In this document: one piece after another, positions 13,258 to 22,501 of the stretch
Layout: each line of letters opens with the position of its first letter
Position numbering within the stretch: position 1 is the stretch's first letter
NCBI RefSeq assembly: GCF_011745625.1
Contig: NW_027191498.1
Coordinates: forward strand, 62,001-126,000
Direction: 5' to 3'
Length of the DNA stretch: 64,000 bases
Origin: Cladosporium halotolerans
Lineage: Eukaryota
Position numbers and translations under genes: made by a program
The notes under the pieces: model-generated
Database searches by the model: none
What the model was told of the DNA's origin: nothing
Seen by the model: the letters and a program-made list of their open reading frames with translations, nothing else

Positions 13258-14767
13258 ATGTCGACGTCGACGTTGGACAATGGCATCCTCTACGCTGCCA
13301 ACCCTCCGGAAGGTGTTGAGCGGAATCCCGACCAGTCACCTGATGCCGCCGTCCTAACCGTTGTCACCGGCATTGTCTTTCCTCTAGCAGCAATCAGCAT
13401 GCTCATTCGAATGTACGCCAGGATAGTCATCATCAAGAAAGTTGCTTTCGATGATTGTAAGTTCAGAATCCGTCAATGACCCGGGCTTCGATGCTAATGG
13501 TTTCGCAGACCTTATGATTCTTGCTTTCATTTTCAACATCTTGGTCGTTGCATTCACGCTTGACAGTAAGTTGTAGTCGGCTTTCAGTCTCTCCACATCA
13601 ATTCTAATCCTTATTAGTGCTCAATTGCGGTCTTGGGAAACATCTGTGGAACGTTCCCATGACGCCGGATTTGTACCCTATGTTCAACCTGGTAAGTAGC
13701 TTACCACCATTCACAACCATGCTCTCTTGACTAATTGAACTCATAACAGAGGAACCTGCTCGCCGCCATTTTCTTTTGTGCTGCTACTGGTCTGGCCAAA
13801 GGCAGCATTTTGCTCTTCTACCTTCGCATCTTCCCTGCCAAATCGGTCGTCATTACCGTCTGGAGTGTCTTCGCTTTCACGGTCGCTTATTCAACCGCCT
13901 CTGTGTTGGTCAATATTTTCAGCTGCAACCCGGTTTCAGCAAGCTGGAACCTCGCAGATGTCGCCACTGGAGTATGCATCAACCGGCCTGCGTTCTATTT
14001 TGCGCAAGCAGCGCTGGGAATCTTCACCGATATTGCGACTGTCGTGATCCCGGTGCCTCTCCTGCGCTCGCTGCAATTGAGAACGCGTCGTAAGGTGGGC
14101 GTCGCGATTGTGCTGACCCTGGGTGGATTGTAAGTACTGTTGAAACGTTCGATGTGATCGATGGCTGACCTTGAGCAGTGTGTGTGTTGTCAGCATCATT
14201 CGTCTCCAAAGTCTCTACGTCTTGCTCAACAACCCCGATCTCACCCGTGAGTTACCTCATCATTTGCAGTACGATGAACGCGGCTAATCAATGATCGCAG
14301 ACAACACCGTCCTCGCACTCATGTGGTGCATTCTCGAGCTCAACTTGAGCATCATTGGCGGCTCCATGCCCGCAATGAAACCCGTCATGCAGAAATACTT
14401 TCCCAGGCTGCTCGCCTCGACCCACGGACAAACCGACAGCAACGCCTACTACCTGGACGACTCGCGCAGCAAGCCCAAGCGCTCGCGCATGACCGATCCT
14501 TACAACGGATCGATGATGCTCAGCCGCGACGTCGACAACAAGTCCGAGAGCGACCATAGCGACAGGAACATCGTGGCCTTCGACGTCAGCACTAAGTCAG
14601 ATGGCGGAGTCATGGGCGCAAGCTTGACAAAAGGAGGCGAACAAATAACGAAGACCATTGAGTACGGGTACGAAGTGTCTGGCGACGAGGCAATCCCCCT
14701 GCCGAGCGCGTCGCACAAGGACGAAGAAGCGCAGATGGTGCGCGGCCACACGCCTCCGAGGTTCTAA
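13258..14767 (+). CDS. Fungal rhodopsin-domain / Pth11-like integral membrane protein, multi-exon
   Basis: IRMYARIVIIKKVAFDD, GLGKHLWNV, AKGSILLFYLRIFP, FSCNPVSASW, DIATVVIPVP, LQLRTRRKVGV, WCILELNLSIIGGSMPAMKP. Five short introns. Confidence 0.9.
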
Positions 14768-16823
14768 CATTTCCTTTTTCTCTTTCTTCTACGATACCCA
14801 GTTGTCGGCTATCGCTGGCAAGCTTTGGACACGGCCTATTTCACCCTCAGATGACCAGATCCTGAGGTAATTTCCATATTCATGTCTTTTACTGTCTAAT
14901 GTAACAAAGTATACAGAGTTCGAAACATTTACTCTCTGAAGTCTTGAAATCTCTGTGCCTTCCGTCCAATTTTACATTCACTACTCCGTCGCCCAAACAA
15001 AGCGCTTCCGATCGACCGAAGTCGCAATCGCTTAACGTGATCGGGACTCATCTCAGCAGCTGAATCAGGCAATTCAAAAGACAATAACGACAAGCACTAT
15101 GCGCTGGACTAGTCACTGAATCCACACAAGGCTTATAAGCGAACCATACCACCGGGTCGCAAAGCGCGAACTTCGGGGATGGTCATATACCGCCGCTTTC
15201 ACTCGGCGTTCCTACATGTATAGCAGAACCAGGCAGCCGAGCCATTAACACAACTCGTATATCGTTCGAATCAACGCAACCTGCCCCAGCGGATCTCAGC
15301 ATCCGCAACACCTCCCGTCCAATCATCACCCCTGCCATGTATGTATAGTACCTGAAAACTAAAGTCGTCATCCACACACACTTGCACAGGGCACACACAT
15401 GGTCGTCGTGAATCCTGCCGCTCCTGCGCAACGGGGCGTGCTCCGTGCGGCGCGGTGCGCGCTGATCGACACTTTGGCGCGCTGTTCGCTGCAACTCAGC
15501 TTTGCTTCCCCGAACGCTCGCGCGGACGATCGCTGGGTCCACCATTTGCGCGCTTGCGCGACAGTGTGATGGACTATCCACGGACCGGGTTCGCTGGGCG
15601 CGTTTCAGGGAGTTTTCGGGGAAATTGGTGGAGGAACTGTCAGAGGCCGCCGACTGCCGGGTCGTCTTGTCGCCGATCTGGGCGACTGGCTCGGTGGGCG
15701 ATGTTCGGGACGAGAGGGATGGGATCTTGGGAGACTAGCAGTATGGTGTCGGCTCTTGAGCGAGGGGCGAGATTGGTGAGCCTGGAGCAGTGGAGGGTCA
15801 ATCTTTGGAGGTAGATGACTCAGCCGTCACTCCCCTCTCCTATCTCTTGCTATTTTATCAAGCTTCAGCGGCGTTGGCGGCATGCGAGAGCCGTGCAGAG
15901 TAGGGACGTCAGGCGTTCCATCATGGCACACAGCAGCAACATCCTACATGCCGAACATGTTAATCACATTAGGGCGCAGGCCCTGGCTCAACGACCAAGG
16001 GCTGGGATACAGATTCCTTGAGATGTACCGAGGCACAACCGTGACGATCGTGTGTGCCCTTATGCACGCTTCGTCGCCAGCGGCTCCTGGATGATGGGCA
16101 ACGGATCTGCTCTATGTGTATATATCTCCGTGGCGGAGCTGTGGGTTACAGAATGAAAACCGTTGAAAGACGAGGGGCGCCAGAATCCTTTGACGATTCA
16201 GTCTGGAGAATGTCAAATCACCCTTATGATGCACCGAGTTGCGTAATTGTTGGTCTCGATCCGATCCCAAGACTGTCGATTTTCGCAAGGACACTATTTT
16301 TCGGGTCAGGTCCTTGTACTTCCGTGCTCAGGAAAATCATCACTCGTGAACGGAGATCGGCCAAGCGTGGCTGATGACCACGAAAACCACGCCCTAGAAT
16401 AAAATTCATGTACTTCGTCAAGAGTGCCATGGGACGTTCTCATCCTGAACCTTTTCACCAAATACTACCTATGCATGTTAAATTGGTCCGCCGTGGTTGC
16501 GAGACGTAATATCTCTCTGCTTAGCTTCTCACTCAAAACGCTTTCACGGTGCGGTATCTGCATTTGCAATATGTGGATAAAAGTGTTTCAAGTATCGAAA
16601 ACGTCCATTTGAAGGCGCAGATACGCCATTGTCATGTGTCGCCTAGGACGTACTTTAGAATGCTCGGTTCTGAACCCCAGACCCCAGCCGCGCTAATTTC
16701 TCGCCTCGGCTCATCAGCAAGGAGGGCCGGACGCTGGGCTTCTCATCGCGTCACAGCAGGCTGTCGCATGTGCCCTCAACCAACAACACTACACCTGGAA
16801 TTGCAGGATCGAGCGCCGGCGCT

Positions 16824-18042
16824 ATGGAGCGTCTCAAGCAAGCCGCAGGGCATACAAAAGATGTCGCAACCTTACCGCCACGATTGCTGGACATGTACAG
16901 CGAGTTCATCACCAAGAACGCCGGCGCAGTGGGCCAGGTCGAAGGCGCGCTGCGCTCGTTGACCTACATTATCCCGGGTAAGCGATGTGGATCGCTTTTT
17001 TCTCGCGTCGCATTTGACTGATGATATTGCAGGCCGCTTCAGGGAATCCGAAATCGCATCGGAGTCGCTCAACTCCGGCGTGCAGCTTCTCGGACTCTAC
17101 CATGACGACCTCTTATCGCGCTCGCTGGCGCACTCGCTGCGACACAAGCCGCAGACGCTGCACAACAGATATACGCGATTTTACTGCCAGAAAAGCAGCA
17201 CATACAAGCGGACAGCGCTCACACTTTCTTGTGTCCAATATACCGAACTTCTTCTGGAAATGATGGCAAAGCGGAGGGGAGAGAAGGCGAGGTGGAGAGT
17301 GGTGGTACTTTTGGAGGCCGTGAAGGCGCTGTGCAGGCTCATATTGATGCGCTTGACAAACTCGAGACCGTTATTGAATCCGCCTTTGCCGGAGAGGGAA
17401 GTGCAGGAAGAGAAGCCCACCACAGACGAGGATGATACGATACATTCGCCGCCCTCGGAGGAATCAGAGGTTTCACACGCTGGATCCGAGAAATGGACAA
17501 TGCCTCGCACGTCTTTAACTCTGCCGCCACTTCCGAGCTCTGAGGATATTTCGTCTTACCTTCTGTCTAAGGTCCTTACAGCCGACGATGTCAAACCACC
17601 CAAGGCATTGCTCCAACCCACGGCGGGATTTGGCGAAATAGCAGAAGTCATCTATATCTTGCGACCACTTATTTACACATCCGCTATGGCATACTGGAGC
17701 CAACGACAGGATGGCAAGGGCAAAGCAGACTGGCGGCCGTGGCTTATCGGTCTGTCGATCGAATACGGTGCACGACAACTCGCAAAGCGCGATCTCGAGA
17801 CCAGAAGACCCGGCGGAGCCAGAGGCTTAACCCAGCTCGAACGCGACGAATTCAAGAAGCGCAGCTGGGGCATGGCCTGGTGGGGAATGCGCGGCGCCTT
17901 CTACGAGAACGTCACCCGTGGTATGATTCTTGGGTTTGCGGGCAAGCTCAAGGGCAAGCCGCTGTTGGACATGGTGGGCACATTTGTGGAGGACTACGAC
18001 TTTCTCTGGGAGCAGTATTACTTTCCCACCGCCACTTTGTGA
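16824..18042 (+). CDS. PEX16: Peroxisomal membrane biogenesis protein Pex16, 2 exons
   Basis: YSEFITKNAGAVGQVEGALRSLTYIIPG|RFRESEIASES, LHNRYTRFY, WRVVVLLEAVKALCRL, WRPWLIG, WWGMRGAFYENVT. Intron 16978-17032. Confidence 0.95.
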
Positions 18043-18375
18043 GAATGCAGTGTTCCATCTTCTGGCGCAGATCAGGAGTTCAAGGGGCCATCAGGCCGCC
18101 GTAAGCGGGTGCCTGCAGGGTGGCCACGGGGTTGCATTCACGCATTTGCTACGTGTCTTTAACAGCTGTATACCATGTTGTAATTTTCGCAAAACGTCAG
18201 GAATGTCTCACCGTCTCGCACTACCATTCATCAAAGCACATTGTAGTGAAACATTGCAATATCAGAGGTAACAGCACAAAGGACCATCCGTCTCGGCGTT
18301 CACAAAGCCAAAAGCCGAAACCCTCAAAGTTCCTAAAACGTCACTTCTAGACTGCACGTCGAGTCCAGAGCCACC

Positions 18376-19091
18376 ATGGCGTCGAGGTAAGGCCGCATAC
18401 TCCCTGAAATGTCCTAAATACCTCTGACAGCCCATAGATTCCACCAGCGCGACGCGCGCAACGCCCTCTTCTCCTCCTACGACGCCCAGACACGCTCCAG
18501 GCCCTCCTCCGCCGCATCCTCCCCAGCTCCCGGCTCTCGCTCAGGAGCTCGCGCAACCCCATACTCCGCCGCCGCGAACAGCTCGCCGTATGCGTCACAA
18601 TCACATCTGAGCGCGGAGCCCTCTGGCGCCGGTTTCAGCGCTTACCCCGGCGCGAATGGAGACGTGAATGGCAGGGCGAGCGGGGACGGAGGGTTCAGGT
18701 CCGCGACGCCGAACAAGAAGGGCCAGTATTCGAATGCGGTGCTGGATGAGCTCGAGAGTCAGAATGAAGAGCAGGTTGGCGTTTTGAGTGGGAAGGTGCG
18801 GATGCTGAAGGATGTGAGTCTGCCTTGGATTTTAGGTTTGAGGGGTGATGGGAATATGGTTTGCTGATGCTGGGATTCGAACAGTTGACCAACGCGATCG
18901 GCGGCGAGATCAGAGACTCGACCGCTCTCGCTGAGAAGATGAATGACCAGTTTGAGGGAACGCGGAATCGCTTGCGCGGCACGATGAACAGGATGTTGCG
19001 GATGGCGGAGCGCACTGGTGTGGGTTGGAGGGTTTGGGTGGGGTTCTTCTTCTTCTTGATTGTGCTGTTCTGGTACGTGCGACTTTCATGA
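18376..19091 (+). CDS. BET1: ER-Golgi t-SNARE Bet1/Sft1-like, 3 exons
   Basis: MASR|FHQRDARNALFSSYD..FRSATPNKKGQYSNAVLDELESQNE..GKVRMLKD|LTNAIGGEIRDS..GTMNRMLRMAERTGVGW followed by a C-terminal TM anchor. Confidence 0.92.
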
Positions 19092-19569
19092 AGGCTTGCT
19101 GGTATGGGAACGATCGTTTCGGCGCGGCGTTGTGGTGCTTCGGGCAAGATGAAAAAGATATGTACAGTTAATGGGAAATGTATAATGCATTGTCAAGAAG
19201 GACTTCTGGACGCGGTCGAGGTGATTATCGCAGGAGCGACTTCTCCGAGGAATGGAGGCCTAGTAGTATGAGGGGCCAAACGAGGATCTCTCAAGCGGCA
19301 TGAAGGTCTGCTTTACTGTTGGGGTCAGGACATGGCACCCAACTCGACCAAGTTAGCTTCAGAAGCACGCCATCGCCTATCAGTTCTAGCGTGAGCGAGT
19401 TGTGAACGATCCAACATCAAGGGAAGGCACATTCATTGCAGTGAAGTACTCATGTGCGGCTCTCGAAACTGGGATAAGCCCAACTATTGCTTTCACCTCG
19501 TATCTGACAATACCTTGCTCTCTGTTTGTTCAAGGTGTACGTAAATTGACGACTGTTCCCTCCCTACTA

Positions 19570-20330
19570 CATGAGTCTCTCTATCGACCACGCGAAGCGC
19601 AAAAGCAACAGCCCTAGGCTCTCAAGGTGAGCGTCCAGAGCACCGACCTTATCGATCTCATGATTGTCTTGCTTCTTTGTCCAGGCAAGCATATCTTCCA
19701 ACGTCGCCATTGCCCTCCCAAAGCTCTCTGAGCAGATCGCAACAGCGGTCGCCAATTCCATCAAGTCCGAAGAGGTCAACAATTAAGCTATCAACGCCCG
19801 AGAAATTGGCCGCGAAGTGGGCAAAAGCGTTACTGCCGTTTTCAAGGACGTCCAGGCTTCTCTTCTGAAAATACCCGAGACTGCCTTGTCTTAGCTATTC
19901 AAGCCGCAACTTGATACTAGCGCCCTTCGCGCGCAGATCATTGGTATGAATGACCTATCGCCTTGGCGGGAAGCATGTTAAACATCTGACAGCCAATGGT
20001 GCCCAAATTCTCTCTCGGTACCAAGGAAATAAGGACTGTTGCCAGTGGGTTGAAGTCCTCACTTTCTATCGCAATGGGTACACTGCAGCGATGGTAGTGG
20101 CCAAGAGGGCTCCCGGTCTGGAAGGCTATAAGATCAATATCCCTATTGCGCCAACTCAGACGGAGAAGTACTGTTGGCTCTCAACGAGAAGACCAAAGCC
20201 TGGTTGGCTCGAGCTGAGGAGCTTGTCAAGAACGAAGGCTTTCATGACTTGGGAATGTTGGATATTGCGAGACTTGATGAATTCGATGTTTAATCAGAAA
20301 ATGCATGATCTTTATACGGATCTGTTTTGA
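19570..20330 (+). pseudogene. Probable pseudogene of an unknown spliced protein gene
   Basis: GT-AG introns 19627-19684 and 19944-19992 join a protein-like helical frame (ASISSNVAIALPKLSEQIATAVANSIK..AREIGREVGKSVTAVFKDVQASLL). It is broken by TAG 19615, TAA 19784 and TAG 19892. Confidence 0.45.
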
Positions 20331-20777
20331 CTTTGAACGCTCAAGCTGTGGAGGCTATTCAGAATTTCTGTTGCGGTGTGTGGCTAGCCGCAACAAAGAT
20401 CAATGAACTGTGTTTGTGGATAAGATGGCCACTCAGTTGACGCATGTCTCCCACAATGTAGGTGAGAAACATAACATGCGCCAGTATCCAAAGGAAAGAG
20501 CGAGGCTGAGTGCTGAGTTGCGTGTAATTGCGTTATAGCGATCGATACAGTTGCGGAGCTGCGTATGCTTTGCGCTCCGCTATATCCTACGCCTTTAGAA
20601 ACTGCATCACCGTTCACTCATTCGAGGGTTCTTGGTGAATATGGGAACAGTCCTCTCGAGTTGGGCCGTAGAAATAGAAACCGCGAGGATCTGCATGACT
20701 TGTGAAACGTTAACCAATACGTTAACAAAAGCAAAAGATGATTCGCTTGTTCAGCAGGGTAAAACAGCAACATCAGC

Positions 20778-21060
20778 AAAAAGTGCAAAAGAACCTAGCC
20801 CCTCTCCCTTCGAGGGGCCGAGAAGAAAACCGCGAACGATTTTACTTACACGAGGACATGAGTATCGGCGTCATAGGTCTTAGTCTTCGAAGCAGCCCCT
20901 CCCATGGCTGTAGTGTGCCGGGGATTCGAACCCCTTGCTCTAACGGACGGACCCGGTGATCAGGCGGGACCCCCGTGAGTACCTGGAGCGCAACTAGGTC
21001 GCGGTTCCCTCTGTAAACCGCCCTTCCACAGCGGACTACCTCTGCCTCACATGACGTCAA
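20778..21060 (-). ncRNA. Candidate structured Pol III non-coding RNA (~280 nt), class unassigned
   Basis: Minus strand shows B-box GGTTCGAATCCC (20921-20932), nested long-range helices with G-U pairs, a 3' hairpin followed by T4/T5 runs, and an AT-rich box ~20 nt upstream. There is no tRNA cloverleaf. Confidence 0.6.
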
Positions 21061-21608
21061 ACGCAAATTCCATCAATTTATTCGTTAATCGCGGACTTGC
21101 GCCGCTCGTGGCTGGGGACGGGAGCGGGAGGGTTCACGTGATCCTGGCGGACGGTCGTGGCGTCGTGATCACGTGCCGAGGGCGCGGTGACGTCGTAGTG
21201 CTGGTGCGCATCTCTTGTAGTACCAGGGTCGCCTGGCGGGTGGAGTAGTGGCATCGTAGGGTCGATGATGACAAAGGGTTCAACTTGGCCGGCGCGTGGA
21301 ATGGCCTCAATCGAGGCAATGATCGCGAACGCATGTAAGGTTATCGGCGACTGGCATGGTCTTGATGTGATGAAGGACCTAGAACCTGGAACGACCGATC
21401 ACGCATGGAGACTCGCAGAAGTCTGGGTGGCATGCAAGCGACAATGGTCGAGGATGAGTAGGTAATGAAAAGAGACGAGCAACGAGGAGGCAAAGAGCCT
21501 TCAACCAGCCACTTGGGTATCATACGTACAGTATCACCAATTTCAAATCACCTGAACGCCTCGCTGTGCCAAATAGGCAAAAGACCAACCATCCCTGCCC
21601 AGAATATC

Positions 21609-22223
21609 CTACTTCTTGTCCCTACCTGGCGACAAGGGCCTGTTGAAGCCACCAACGCGGTTCATATACTGTCTGTACTCCGCCTTCTTGACCTTACTCA
21701 CAGCATAGTTCCTGTCGTTGCCGGGCACTTTAGTATCCTTCGTGGTACGGAAATCCTTGAAACCCATCACGCGCTGCATCTCTGCTTCCGAATCCTCGTC
21801 CTCTAGATTACCGCCCATGTGTACATCGCGCGAGCTTGATGATTGTGTTTTCCCTGACCGAGGATCTGAGCCATTTGCCCGAGAGTCTTGTTGCCCACGA
21901 GGGCCGCCGCGAGCCGGGGCGCGAGATGGCTCGGGTGTGCTTGAGTCCTGGCGGCTGCGGGCGTTGCGGGGCCCTGATCGGTTGTAGTCATCGTAGCGGT
22001 CGGAAGGCCCATTACGGCCTCCTCTCGGAGGGGAACGGGATCGTCGCCTATCGTTGCGGCGTTCGCGATGCTGTGGAGAGCGAGATCGTTCGCGTTCTGA
22101 AAGACTGTTAGCTTTGGGCTTGATTACACCACTGCGGGGAAATAGCATACCATGTTTGGGTCTCAAATTACGCGGCTCATCGCGGCGACCGCCACGGTCA
22201 TCTCTTCGAGAATTGCGATCCAT
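21609..22223 (-). CDS. SNRNP27: U4/U6.U5 tri-snRNP 27-kDa protein (DUF1777)
   Basis: RS-rich N-terminus, then MQRVMGFKDFRTTKDTKVPGNDRNYAVSKVKKAEYRQYMNRVGGFNRPLSP. Confidence 0.92.
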   Translation of the reverse strand: MDRNSRRDDRGGRRDEPRNLRPKHGMLFPRSGVIKPKANSLSERERSRSPQHRERRNDRRRSRSPPRGGRNGPSDRYDDYNRSGPRNARSRQDSSTPEPSRAPARGGPRGQQDSRANGSDPRSGKTQSSSSRDVHMGGNLEDEDSEAEMQRVMGFKDFRTTKDTKVPGNDRNYAVSKVKKAEYRQYMNRVGGFNRPLSPGRDKK

Positions 22224-22501
22224 TTTGTGTGGTTATGTGGTGTTACAAAGACAGATGTTGCACGCGACAAGAAAGTTTGACGTCCAGCTTCTCCAGATGG
22301 AGCTTAGGCGGCGTCACAGCAGTGGACCCTGCCGTGGACTTCATGAAGCTTGCCCGCTGTCCTCGACAACTTTCACGTGCCAATCAATATTCGAAGATAT
22401 AAACTGGAAATGGAGTGAAATTACACTCAGTGGGCTCGCAGTGAGCTCACAAACCCCGAAACCAAGCGATAACGAATCACGAACTATCAAATCCATCTAC
22501 A

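Noticed and set aside
20905..20990. tRNA gene suggested by GGTTCGAATCCC
   Set aside because: No matching acceptor stem, D-arm or anticodon arm on either strand; reported instead as an unassigned ncRNA.
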